Source of the DNA: an uncultured Lachnospiraceae bacterium
GTDB lineage: Bacteria > Bacillota > Clostridia > Lachnospirales > CAG-274
Direction: 5' to 3'
Length of the DNA stretch: 64,000 nt
Assembly (NCBI GenBank): GCA_964531385.1
Contig: CAZHGC010000005.1
Coordinates: 4,953-68,952, forward strand
The notes beneath the pieces are model-generated. The model saw nothing but the letters and a program-made list of their open reading frames with translations, did no database searches and was not told the DNA's origin. Positions 46,250 to 55,845 of the stretch are shown here, piece by piece. Within the stretch, counting starts at the first letter, position 1. Each line of letters starts with the position of its first letter. A program made the translations under genes and the position numbers.

Positions 46250-47622
46250 TGAATGTTATTGAAGTTAAGGACGTTAAAAAGAAGTTTAAAATTTATTATG
46301 ACAAAGGAGAGAGCCTTAAAGAAAAAGTTCTTTTTAAAAAAAGAAGCAGATATGATGAGCGTTGGGTTTTAAACGGAGTTTCTTTTGATATTAAAAAAGG
46401 CGAGGCTATTGGGCTTATTGGCGAAAATGGCTGTGGTAAGAGTACTCTTTTGAAACTTATTACAAAAATAATTTATCCGGATTTTGGAAGTATTGTTGTT
46501 AATGGGAGAATTTCAAGCCTTTTGGAACTTGGGGCGGGATTTCACCCGGATATGAGCGGAAGAGAAAATATATATACGAATGCGTCTATTTTTGGGCTTA
46601 CGAAAAAAGAAATCGATTCGAGGCTTGATGATATAATTGAATTTTCCGAGCTTGGAGAATTTATTGACAATCCTGTTAGAACATATTCTTCGGGAATGTA
46701 TATGAGACTTGCTTTTTCTGTTGCAATAAACGTTAATGCGGATATTCTTTTGATTGATGAAATTTTGGCTGTTGGAGATGCTTCGTTTCAGGCAAAGTGC
46801 TTTAACAAACTTTTGGAAATTAAAAGAAAAGGCGTTACAATTGTTATTGTTTCTCATGATATGGGGTCAATTGAAAGGCTTTGCGACAAGGCTGTTTGGC
46901 TTAATAAAGGCGTTGTTCGAAAAATTGGAAATGTTAGAGACTTATCTTTTGAATATATCGACTTTATTATGAACAAAAACGAAAACCTTGATAAACGTCT
47001 TGTTATTGAGACTGATTTGGAAGATAATTCAGAAAAAACAGAAGAGAAAACAGAGGAAATTGCTGATGAAACTGTTGAAGACGAAGTTTTTGAACAAGAT
47101 TTGACCAACGAAGTTTTGCAGGAAGATGACGAAAATTTAAATAATGAAGAAGAAATTGATCTTGAAATTGTTGAACAGCCGAAAAGGTGGGGCAACAAGG
47201 ATATTGAAATTACAAATATAAGGCTTTTAAATTCGGAAGGAAACGAATTTAAAAATATTAAATCCGGAAGCGATTTTAAAATTGAGATAGATTTTGTTAA
47301 AAACAAACCTGTTGAAAAATTTATTATGGGTATTGCTATAAACCGAATTGACGGAATTCTTATTTACGGAACAAATACAAAAATTGACGGAATTAAATTT
47401 ACACATAAAAAAAATAAAGGTAAATTAGTTGTTAATTTGAAAAATGTTAAACTTATGCAGGGAGAATATTTCTTTGATTTTGCTTTTGAGGATTTGGACT
47501 CGAAGCCTTTGGATTATTATCGTGAGGCGGCTTTTTTTAATGTTTATAACAGATATAGCGAAGCCGGTCTTTGCGGGTTTGAGCATCAATGGGTTTTGGA
47601 CGGAGAAAAATTTGAATTTTAA
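46249..47622 (+). CDS. wzt: Polysaccharide export ABC ATPase with acidic linker and C-terminal Wzt-type glycan-binding domain
   Basis: GENGCGKST, YSSGM and LLIDE motifs, then about 70 aa of E/D-rich linker, then a beta-rich domain of about 150 aa (KRWGNKDIEITNIRLLN...). The start overlaps the wzm stop (TAATG). Confidence 0.9.
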   Translation: MNVIEVKDVKKKFKIYYDKGESLKEKVLFKKRSRYDERWVLNGVSFDIKKGEAIGLIGENGCGKSTLLKLITKIIYPDFGSIVVNGRISSLLELGAGFHPDMSGRENIYTNASIFGLTKKEIDSRLDDIIEFSELGEFIDNPVRTYSSGMYMRLAFSVAINVNADILLIDEILAVGDASFQAKCFNKLLEIKRKGVTIVIVSHDMGSIERLCDKAVWLNKGVVRKIGNVRDLSFEYIDFIMNKNENLDKRLVIETDLEDNSEKTEEKTEEIADETVEDEVFEQDLTNEVLQEDDENLNNEEEIDLEIVEQPKRWGNKDIEITNIRLLNSEGNEFKNIKSGSDFKIEIDFVKNKPVEKFIMGIAINRIDGILIYGTNTKIDGIKFTHKKNKGKLVVNLKNVKLMQGEYFFDFAFEDLDSKPLDYYREAAFFNVYNRYSEAGLCGFEHQWVLDGEKFEF

Positions 47623-47637
47623 AGAGGTGTTAATTTT

Positions 47638-48684
47638 ATGAAAATCGGTATTGCAACGGTTCAAGTTCCTTTTGTTAGGGGAGGAGCGGAAGAACTTGCG
47701 GATAATCTTCAGAGGGCATTTATAGAACGTGGACACGAGGCTGAAATTATCAGTATGCCACTTATGGACGGTCCGATTAATTTTATTACGGATTCAATTG
47801 TTGCATCAAGGCTTATGGATATAAATCGTTCTTGGGGCGGAAAAATTGATTTGTGTATTGGGCTTAAATTTCCTGCATATTGTATGCCACACGATAACAA
47901 AGTTGTTTGGGCATTGCACCAGCACAGAGCGGCATACGAGCTTTTTAATACAGATTTGAGTGGTTTGAAAAACAATGAAGAAGGTCGATTTATTCGTGAT
48001 GCAATTATTAATGCCGATAATAAATATTTAGGCGAAGCAAAAAGAATTTATACAATTTCAAAAAATGTTACCGGAAGATTGAAAAAATTCAATAATATAA
48101 ATTCAACTCCGTTGTATCACCCTTGTCCGAGTATGGAGAAATTTTATTCCAGAAATTATGACGATTATATTCTTATGCCGAGTAGAATTAGCCCGACAAA
48201 AAGACAAATGCTTGCTCTTAAGGCTTTGCTTAAAACAAAGAGCGATATTAAGCTTTATGTTATGGGAAGACCGGATAATGATGTTATTAAAAAAGAATTT
48301 TTTGGATTTATTGAAAAAAATGGGCTTAAAGACAGAGTTGTTTGTTTTGACTATGTTGCGGAAGAAAAAAAACTTGAACTTTATGCAAATGCAAGAGCTG
48401 TTATATTTATTCCGGTTGATGAGGACTATGGATATATTACTCTTGAAGCAATGTCGGCGGAAAAGCCTGTTATTACGGTTACAGACAGCGGTGGCCCACT
48501 TGAGTTTATTGTTAATGGAGAATGCGGAATTGTTGTTGAGCCGAACGAGGAAAGTATTGCCGAGGCTATTGATATGTTTGCCGATTCGGAAAATATGGCA
48601 AAAGAATTTGGCAAAAAAGCAAAAAAACGTCTTTCGGATATGGATATAAGTTGGGATTATGTTGTTAAGGAGTTGACTAAATAA
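47638..48684 (+). CDS. GT4-family glycosyltransferase (paralogue A)
   Basis: C-terminal ...DEDYGYITLEAMSAEKPVI... EX7E-type GT4 motif. N-terminus VQVPFVRGGAE. Confidence 0.85.
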   Translation: MKIGIATVQVPFVRGGAEELADNLQRAFIERGHEAEIISMPLMDGPINFITDSIVASRLMDINRSWGGKIDLCIGLKFPAYCMPHDNKVVWALHQHRAAYELFNTDLSGLKNNEEGRFIRDAIINADNKYLGEAKRIYTISKNVTGRLKKFNNINSTPLYHPCPSMEKFYSRNYDDYILMPSRISPTKRQMLALKALLKTKSDIKLYVMGRPDNDVIKKEFFGFIEKNGLKDRVVCFDYVAEEKKLELYANARAVIFIPVDEDYGYITLEAMSAEKPVITVTDSGGPLEFIVNGECGIVVEPNEESIAEAIDMFADSENMAKEFGKKAKKRLSDMDISWDYVVKELTK

Positions 48685-49904
48685 TGGAAAGAACTTCTAA
48701 AAAGATTGATAAAATTTTAAGTGAAATTATGATAAGAAAATCTGATGCAAGAAAGTTTGCACTTGATAATTATGAAAATTTCGGCGAAGGAGAAAATGTT
48801 AGAAAAGTTAACGAAAATTTCTCCGATGAAATTAACAAAACTGTTTCGCAAATGCTTTACTATCTTGAAAAAGCAAATGAAAGATATGATGTTTCGCAAA
48901 TGCAACCGATTGTTACGAACGGGGGCATTATTAAGAAGATTTTTGTTATTATTAAAAAGATAATCAGACGAATTTTGAATAGGTTGTTTGGTTGGTATTT
49001 TAATGCGGCGGCAGTTAGACAAAGAGATTTTAACGACAGCTGTGTTAAAACTTTGAATTTTATGAAAGAATTGGTTGTTAAACAAGCTGAAGAAAATGCT
49101 TGTTTAATGAGAGAGAAGAAAGAACTTGAGGAAAACGTTAAAAAAGAAAATGAACTTTTGGAAAAGAAAATTGATTATATACTTAACAAATTAAATGTTT
49201 CTTGTGATTTGGAACTTCTTGAAAATGCACCTGAAATCGATTATTTTGATTTTGAAAATGAATTTAGAGGAACAAGAAGCGATATTATGAGAAGCCAAGA
49301 GGCATATGTTGATTATTTTAAAACAAACGGCGGAGGAAAAATTCTTGACATTGGTTGCGGAAGAGGAGAATTTTTGGAGCTTATGTTTAACTATGGAATT
49401 TCGGTTTTTGGTGTTGATTGCTATAAGCCTTTTGTTAAATATTGCTCTGACAGAGGATTTGAGGTTTGCTGTGATGATGCTTTGACTTATCTTGAAACTT
49501 TGGAGGACTGTTCTTTGGGCGGTATATTTATGAGCCAAGTTGTTGAACATCTTTCAAATGATTATGTGCGTGCTCTTATTTCAACAGCATACAAAAAAAT
49601 GAAGCCGGGGTGTTGTTTTATTCTTGAAACGCCAAATCCTGACTGTGTTGCTGCACTTACCGAATTTAATATTGATATGTCACATATTAAACCTGTTCAT
49701 TTTAATTCGCTTAAATATCTTTTTGAAAAAACCGGATTTGAAAGCGTTGAAAGATTTCATAACCCAAATGCTTTTTATCCTCTTCAAGCGGTTAAAATCG
49801 AGGGAGAGGGAATAAGTAACATTGATGAATTTAATAAAGGAATTGAATATATCAACAATATGTTGTTTGGTTGCAGAGATTATACTTTAATTGCAAGAAA
49901 ATAA
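48684..49904 (+). CDS. Class I SAM-dependent methyltransferase with N-terminal coiled-coil region
   Basis: ILDIGCGRGEFLE SAM motif in the C-terminal half. The N-terminal ~200 aa is helical/coiled (KKELEENVKKENELLEKKIDYI). The start overlaps the upstream stop (TAATG). Confidence 0.85.
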   Translation: MERTSKKIDKILSEIMIRKSDARKFALDNYENFGEGENVRKVNENFSDEINKTVSQMLYYLEKANERYDVSQMQPIVTNGGIIKKIFVIIKKIIRRILNRLFGWYFNAAAVRQRDFNDSCVKTLNFMKELVVKQAEENACLMREKKELEENVKKENELLEKKIDYILNKLNVSCDLELLENAPEIDYFDFENEFRGTRSDIMRSQEAYVDYFKTNGGGKILDIGCGRGEFLELMFNYGISVFGVDCYKPFVKYCSDRGFEVCCDDALTYLETLEDCSLGGIFMSQVVEHLSNDYVRALISTAYKKMKPGCCFILETPNPDCVAALTEFNIDMSHIKPVHFNSLKYLFEKTGFESVERFHNPNAFYPLQAVKIEGEGISNIDEFNKGIEYINNMLFGCRDYTLIARK

Positions 49905-49924
49905 TTTTTAGACGGGGTGTTTTT

Positions 49925-50971
49925 ATGAAAAAGAAGAAAATTGCTGTTTTACATTCGCAAGTTCCTTTTTCGAGGGGCGGGGCAGAACTTCTTTCAGAAA
50001 CTTTGGCAAAAGAACTTAGAGAGAGAGGATTTAATTCCGAAATTATTTCTATGCCGTATAAGTGGTATCCGGAAAACAGTCTTTACGATAGTATGCTTAT
50101 GTGGAAAATGGCGGATTTGTCGGAGGCTAACGGCGAAAAAATTGATTTGGTTATTCCGACAAAATTTCCAACTTATTTTGCGGAGCATAATAATAAAGTT
50201 CCTTGGCTTGTTCACCAATTTAGACAGGTTTATGATTTATATGAAAAAGATGCGGGGTATAAAAATTATCCGAATGGTTCGAAAATTAAAAGAAATATTG
50301 AAGTTGCGGATAATAAAGCTTTTTCGGGCTTGAAAAATATTTATACGATTTCGAAAAACGTTTCGGAAAGATTGCAAAATTACAATGGAATTTCAAGTGT
50401 TCCATTGTATCACCCACCTAAGCTTGTCGGAAATTATTTTAATGATAAATTTGAAAATTATATTTTTTCTGTCGGAAGACTTGACAAGCTTAAAAGAAAT
50501 GATTTATTGATTGAAGCGTTGGCTTATTGCGACAAAAATATTAAAGCGGTTATTGGAGGAAAAGGACCGGAAGTGGACAATTTAAAAAAGCTTGCGGAAA
50601 AGTTTAAAGTTAGCGACAGAGTTAAATTTTTGGGATTTGTTGAAGATAGTGAAATGCTTAAACTTTATGCAAATTCTTTTGCTGTTTTCTTTGCTCCTGT
50701 TGACGAGGACTATGGTTATATAACGCTTGAGGCATTTTTATCGCACAAGCCTGTTGTTACTTGCAAAGATTCCGGCGGTGTTTTGGAATTTGTTAAAGAT
50801 AATGAAAATGGGTTTGTTTGCGAAATCAATGCGGAAAGTATTGGAAAAAAAATTCAAGCACTTTTTGAAAATAAAAAAAGATGCGAAGAGTTTGGGCAAA
50901 ATGGTTTTGATGTTGTTCGTGACATTTCTTGGGACAACGTTATTGACAGGCTTACGGAAAGTTTGAGATAG
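49925..50971 (+). CDS. GT4-family glycosyltransferase (paralogue B of 47638..48684)
   Basis: SQVPFSRGGAE..., YTISKNVSERL and VDEDYGYITLEAFLSHKPVV are collinear with paralogue A. Confidence 0.85.
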   Translation: MKKKKIAVLHSQVPFSRGGAELLSETLAKELRERGFNSEIISMPYKWYPENSLYDSMLMWKMADLSEANGEKIDLVIPTKFPTYFAEHNNKVPWLVHQFRQVYDLYEKDAGYKNYPNGSKIKRNIEVADNKAFSGLKNIYTISKNVSERLQNYNGISSVPLYHPPKLVGNYFNDKFENYIFSVGRLDKLKRNDLLIEALAYCDKNIKAVIGGKGPEVDNLKKLAEKFKVSDRVKFLGFVEDSEMLKLYANSFAVFFAPVDEDYGYITLEAFLSHKPVVTCKDSGGVLEFVKDNENGFVCEINAESIGKKIQALFENKKRCEEFGQNGFDVVRDISWDNVIDRLTESLR

Positions 50972-50981
50972 GTGGTCGAAT

Positions 50982-52316
50982 ATGAAAATTGCTTATTTTT
51001 CTCCGTTTAATCCTCTTAAATCGGGGATTTCGGATTTTAGCGAAGAACTTGTTGTTATGATTAAAAAATATGCAGATATTGATATTTTTGTTGATGGTTA
51101 TAAAGTTGAAAATTGCAAAATTTCCGATGAATTTGACATCTACAACATAAAAGACTATTATAAAGAAGAGGTTCGAAAAAAATATGATGTTGCGGTTTTT
51201 CACGTTGGAAACAATTTGGATTACCACTATGAAATTATTAAAGCTTTTTTTGAGTTTGGTGGAATTTTGGAGCTTCATGATTTGTCTATTCATAATTTGG
51301 TTGAAAGACTGACGTTTGATAAATTGAAAAGCCCCGAAAAATATATTGAAATTATGAAATATTGCCACGGGGGAAAAGGCGAAAAGGCAGCAAGAGACTT
51401 TATTGAGGGCAAAGCAAATCCGCCTTGGGCGAGTGATAATTCGCTTAAATTTACACTTAATAAATTTCTTGTTGACAAAGCTTGTGCTGTTATTGTACAC
51501 TCTGATATGGCAAAGCAAATGATTTGTGCGGTTTCACCAAATGTGCCTGTTATTACGATAAATCTTCATGTTGAAAAAATTTATAAAGATAATTTTCTTG
51601 AATACAAAAAAGTGTGTCGAAAAAAGCTTGGGCTTGATGAAGATATGCTTATTATGGGAGCTTTTGGATATGCGACAAAAACAAAGAGGATTATCGAAAC
51701 TCTTGAAGCTTTGGGGAGATACAAAAAAAATAAAAGTGATAAATTTAAGTATTTAATTGTTGGCAAGGTTGCTGGAATTGATGTTGACGGCAAAATTTCC
51801 GAATATGGCTTGGAAGAAAATGTTATTGTTACGGGCTTTACAGAGCTTGAGGATTTTAAAACGTATATGGGAGCTTGCGATTTTTGTTTTAATCTCAGAT
51901 ATCCGACACAGGGGGAAACCTCCGGAAGCTTGCACAGAATGCTTGGAATGGGGAAACCGAGCTTGGTTTCTCGTGTTGGAAGTTTTGAGGAGTATCCTGA
52001 TGATATTGTTATTAAAGTTAGATATGACGATAATGAAGTTGATGATATATACAACAATATTTGTGAATTGACGGAAAAAGATAATGAAATTTTTAAAAGA
52101 GGGAAAAAAGCAGTTTTGTTTGCAGACCAATATTGCAATATTGATGAAAATGCAAAAAAATATGTTAAATTTTTTGAGGATATTTGCAACGGAAGTTATC
52201 AAGATGATTATGTTGATTATTGTGTTGGAAAGATGTTTTCTCTCGGGATTGTCGATAATGAGTATATTAGGCATATTTCTGGGAAAATAGCCTCTTGCAA
52301 TATTGCGGGTTTGTAA
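50982..52316 (+). CDS. GT4-family glycosyltransferase (444 aa)
   Basis: N-terminus MKIAYFSPFNPLKSGISDFSE and a C-terminal GT-B region (...GETSGSLHRMLGMGKP...). Confidence 0.75.
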   Translation: MKIAYFSPFNPLKSGISDFSEELVVMIKKYADIDIFVDGYKVENCKISDEFDIYNIKDYYKEEVRKKYDVAVFHVGNNLDYHYEIIKAFFEFGGILELHDLSIHNLVERLTFDKLKSPEKYIEIMKYCHGGKGEKAARDFIEGKANPPWASDNSLKFTLNKFLVDKACAVIVHSDMAKQMICAVSPNVPVITINLHVEKIYKDNFLEYKKVCRKKLGLDEDMLIMGAFGYATKTKRIIETLEALGRYKKNKSDKFKYLIVGKVAGIDVDGKISEYGLEENVIVTGFTELEDFKTYMGACDFCFNLRYPTQGETSGSLHRMLGMGKPSLVSRVGSFEEYPDDIVIKVRYDDNEVDDIYNNICELTEKDNEIFKRGKKAVLFADQYCNIDENAKKYVKFFEDICNGSYQDDYVDYCVGKMFSLGIVDNEYIRHISGKIASCNIAGL

Positions 52317-52346
52317 TTGATATTATGCTTGGAGGATACAAAAATT

Positions 52347-54836
52347 ATGATGTATTTGTTTTTTACGGGGCTTACTTTGATTGAAATATTTATTTTTCTT
52401 TTGGGTTTCGATTTTTCATATGAAGATATTTGCAAAATTTCCGGAACGAAAACAGCGAAAAACGAAAAAAATATAAATATGTTAAAACATATTATGAATG
52501 TTTGTAATATATTTATCGGAGAATATATAGTTATATCGGGAATGTTGTTTTTATTCGATGTTTTTAAGGTTAAATATTCTTTGATAATTTGTTTTGTAAT
52601 TAATTTTTGTGTTATTTTGTTTATGATTTTTAAAAAACTTATTGACTTTAAAAATATAAAGTTTAACTTTAAGTCATCAATTTTTATTGTTTTGCTTATT
52701 GGTCTTATTTTGCCATTTTGCTGGGTTAAATCGGATACGATTAATCCTAATTCGGATCAAGGTATGTATGGCCTTAAAGCGATTGAACTTATGTATGGTG
52801 ATACAAACAATCAAAAAGAGCTTAAAGAATATAATATGCTTGGGGAAGAAGACAAAACGTTTATTGATAAACTTCAAGCAAATCAAGACGGAATTTATCG
52901 TATGGACATTGCAGATGGCTTTTATTACGAATATCATTCTTTTCCGGCTTTTCCAGCATATATGGCGTTATTTGGAAAGTGTTTTGGCGTTACAAATATT
53001 ATATATTCTTTGACGCCGATATTTATTTTGCTTTGTCTTAATATTTATTTTATTGTTAAGAAATATGGAAATTTGAAAAATGCTGAGTTTTTGGCGGTTT
53101 TGCTTGTTGGATTTTGTCCTGTTGCAATATATCTTGCAAAAACGTCATTAACTGAGTTGATATATTCATTTTTGATAGTTGCGGGAATTAACTTTTTTAT
53201 AAGCAAAAGTAAGGTTTCTTACATATTTTCGTTAATTTCCTTTACTGCACTTGGTTTTGTTCATATGGTTACATTGACTTATGTACCGCTTGTGTTTTTT
53301 GTTTGTGCTATACTTGGAATTATGAAAAAAGAAAAAATTTATTTTCTTTGGAATACATTTTTTAATTTGTTTTACACAGTTGCTTTGTTTTATTCGAAAA
53401 AAGTATCAAGTGTTTATTTTAGTGTTCAGCTGAAAAATATGTTTGGGGAAAATATTGATGTAAGTTTATGGTTTGATATAATTATTTTTGTCGTTTTTTT
53501 GTTTAGTTTTTTTAATCTTATTTTTACGATTTTTGCACAAAAGAGCTTTTTTGATAAAGTGCGAAATGTTTTGCAAAAATACAGTGTTTATTTTTTTAGG
53601 GCAGCGATAATATTTATTGTTTTGGTTGTTATTGTAAAGGGATTTTTACTTGGTTTTACCGATTATTATGAAGTTGGAAAAGGCGGTTGGATAAATAGGG
53701 TTAATTATTTGCACAAAGGTTTTTATTCTTTGAGATTTTTAAATTTTACAAATATAATAGTTGAAACTTCATATATTGTTGTTCCGTATATTTTTTATTG
53801 TATTTTTAAGAAACAAAAAGAATATAAAACAGAGTTTTTAACGTTTGGGTATATATTTTTATATTCAATTGCCGTTTATACAATTTTGAAAATGGATACA
53901 CCTTTTCTTTATTATGCGGCAAGATATTTATTTTGTTTAATTGTTCCGATTTCTGTTATTTTATTTTGTTGCGTTGTTAAAAATAAAAAAGTTATGATTG
54001 CAACTGCTGTAATTTGTATTGTTACAGCGATGCCGTTTAATATTTTTCAACTTAAAGAAACACAGGAAAAGGGTGCGTTTAACGTTTTGGCGGATTGTTT
54101 AAATAACATTGAAGATGACTCTGTTATTCTCATGGATAGCGGCGAAAAAGGAATTGGTTTTTTACAATATCCGTTGAGAGAAATTAAAAACAGTCTTGTT
54201 TTTGAAATTCATTCGATTGCTAACGTTTTGGCAAAATTTCCTGATAAAAAAATATATGTTGTTTCTGTTGCAGATGATAAAAAAAGCTATATGAAAAATA
54301 TTTTTAGCAATGAATATACGTTTAATGAACGAAACAATAGCTTTGACGGATTTTATCCAACAAATTGTCCTGTTTATAAACAAAATTTGAATATATTTTT
54401 ATGCAATGAAAATATTTCGGCAAAAGATGTTTTGAGAGAGCCTGTTTTTGAAGAATTTTATTCAAAGGAATTGCTTAACGATAATGAAACTTTTATGTGG
54501 AGCAAAGATGTATCGAAATGTTATCTTTATTTTGATGAAAGTGTGACACATAGAGTTGTTTTATCACACGTTGGTTTACCGGAATATTTATTGGATAAAA
54601 GGGATATTGATGTTAAATTTAAAATTGGCGAGGAATACGTTTATGAAACAAAAATAACAAAAGAAAATAATTCTTTGGGAGTTATTGAATTTGAAGTTCC
54701 TGACAGGCTTGTTGACAGAACAAAAGATTTACAGGAAATTGTTATTGAAACGCAGGTTTGGTCACCTTCCGAATTTGGAAGTTCGGATAATCGTGAACTT
54801 GGTATTCCTGTTAAAAATGTTGAAGTTAAGGAGTGA
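52347..54836 (+). CDS. Large polytopic membrane protein with soluble C-terminal domain (GT-C-like by architecture; YfhO/ArnT-class candidate)
   Basis: 829 aa from ATG 52347 (GGAGGA RBS). At least 12 predicted TM helices, an early loop with SDQGMYG, and a soluble tail of about 270 aa. Adjacent to a GtrB-like GT2. Confidence 0.5.
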   Translation: MMYLFFTGLTLIEIFIFLLGFDFSYEDICKISGTKTAKNEKNINMLKHIMNVCNIFIGEYIVISGMLFLFDVFKVKYSLIICFVINFCVILFMIFKKLIDFKNIKFNFKSSIFIVLLIGLILPFCWVKSDTINPNSDQGMYGLKAIELMYGDTNNQKELKEYNMLGEEDKTFIDKLQANQDGIYRMDIADGFYYEYHSFPAFPAYMALFGKCFGVTNIIYSLTPIFILLCLNIYFIVKKYGNLKNAEFLAVLLVGFCPVAIYLAKTSLTELIYSFLIVAGINFFISKSKVSYIFSLISFTALGFVHMVTLTYVPLVFFVCAILGIMKKEKIYFLWNTFFNLFYTVALFYSKKVSSVYFSVQLKNMFGENIDVSLWFDIIIFVVFLFSFFNLIFTIFAQKSFFDKVRNVLQKYSVYFFRAAIIFIVLVVIVKGFLLGFTDYYEVGKGGWINRVNYLHKGFYSLRFLNFTNIIVETSYIVVPYIFYCIFKKQKEYKTEFLTFGYIFLYSIAVYTILKMDTPFLYYAARYLFCLIVPISVILFCCVVKNKKVMIATAVICIVTAMPFNIFQLKETQEKGAFNVLADCLNNIEDDSVILMDSGEKGIGFLQYPLREIKNSLVFEIHSIANVLAKFPDKKIYVVSVADDKKSYMKNIFSNEYTFNERNNSFDGFYPTNCPVYKQNLNIFLCNENISAKDVLREPVFEEFYSKELLNDNETFMWSKDVSKCYLYFDESVTHRVVLSHVGLPEYLLDKRDIDVKFKIGEEYVYETKITKENNSLGVIEFEVPDRLVDRTKDLQEIVIETQVWSPSEFGSSDNRELGIPVKNVEVKE

Positions 54837-54841
54837 TTTTT

Positions 54842-55804
54842 TTGAAGCTTATTATACAAATTCCTTGTTATAACGAGGAAGAAAATCTTGGTGTTACAAT
54901 TAATGACTTACCTAAAAAAATTGACGGAATTGATGAAATTGAATATTTAATTATTGATGACGGAAGCAAGGACAGAACTGTTGAAGTTGCGAAGGAACTT
55001 GGTGTTTCACACATTGTTAAACAAAAGAGAAACAAGGGGCTGGCTTACGGATTTATGGCGGGGCTTGATGCTTGTTTGCGTCTTGGTGCGGATATAATTG
55101 TTAATACGGACGCAGACAATCAATATTGCGGTGCGGATATTGAAAAGCTTGTTAAGCCGATTATCGAAAATAAGGCTGATATTGTTATTGGCGAAAGACC
55201 TATTGACGAAACAGCTCATTTTTCTTGGAAAAAGAAAAAATTTCAACATCTTGGAAGCTGGGTTGTAAGAGTGGCTTCGGATACAACTATTCCAGATGCT
55301 CCCAGTGGGTTTAGGGCATATTCGAGAGAAGCGGCTTTAAAAATTAACGTTGTTAACAAATATACATATACCCTTGAAACGATTATTCAGGCGGGTAGCA
55401 ACAGAATGGCTATTACTTCTGTTCCGATTGGAACAAACCCCGAGCTTAGAGAGTCTCGTCTTTTTAAAAGTATGTGGGGATATATGAAGCGTTCGGCTTC
55501 GGTTATAATTCGTTCTTTTATGATGTATAAGCCGTTGAAATTTTTCAGTATTATTGGCATTATTATGCTTGTTCTCGGTTGTGGAATTGGCATTAGATTT
55601 TTATATTTTTATTTTTCAGGAATTGGAGACGGTCATATTCAATCTTTGATTTTGGCGGCGTTGTTTATTATTATGGGTTATCAAACAATTATTGCGGGAC
55701 TTCAAGCCGACAATATTGCTTCAAACAGAAAAATACTTGAAGATATTCAATATAGGGTCAGAAAGTTGGACTATGAAAATGATGAAAATAAAAAGCAAGA
55801 TTGA
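54842..55804 (+). CDS. GT2-family polyprenyl-phosphate sugar synthase (GtrB/CsbB/ArnC-like) with two C-terminal TM helices
   Basis: IQIPCYNEE...IIDDGSKDRT...DADNQ GT2 motifs, plus a C-terminal membrane hairpin. TTG 54842 lies 8 nt after AAGGAG. Confidence 0.85.
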   Translation: MKLIIQIPCYNEEENLGVTINDLPKKIDGIDEIEYLIIDDGSKDRTVEVAKELGVSHIVKQKRNKGLAYGFMAGLDACLRLGADIIVNTDADNQYCGADIEKLVKPIIENKADIVIGERPIDETAHFSWKKKKFQHLGSWVVRVASDTTIPDAPSGFRAYSREAALKINVVNKYTYTLETIIQAGSNRMAITSVPIGTNPELRESRLFKSMWGYMKRSASVIIRSFMMYKPLKFFSIIGIIMLVLGCGIGIRFLYFYFSGIGDGHIQSLILAALFIIMGYQTIIAGLQADNIASNRKILEDIQYRVRKLDYENDENKKQD

Positions 55805-55845
55805 TTATATTATTTGATTAATGTTTATAGATTGGATTGGTATTG

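Noticed and set aside
46854-47306. 150-aa Ser-rich minus-strand ORF
   Set aside because: It is the reverse complement of the Glu/Asp-rich linker of wzt (GAA/GAT read as TTC/ATC), so it is an artefact of low-complexity coding sequence.
50952-52274. 188-, 202- and 173-aa minus-strand ORFs
   Set aside because: All are antisense to the 444-aa GT4 gene, which has good coding signals and GT-B motifs.
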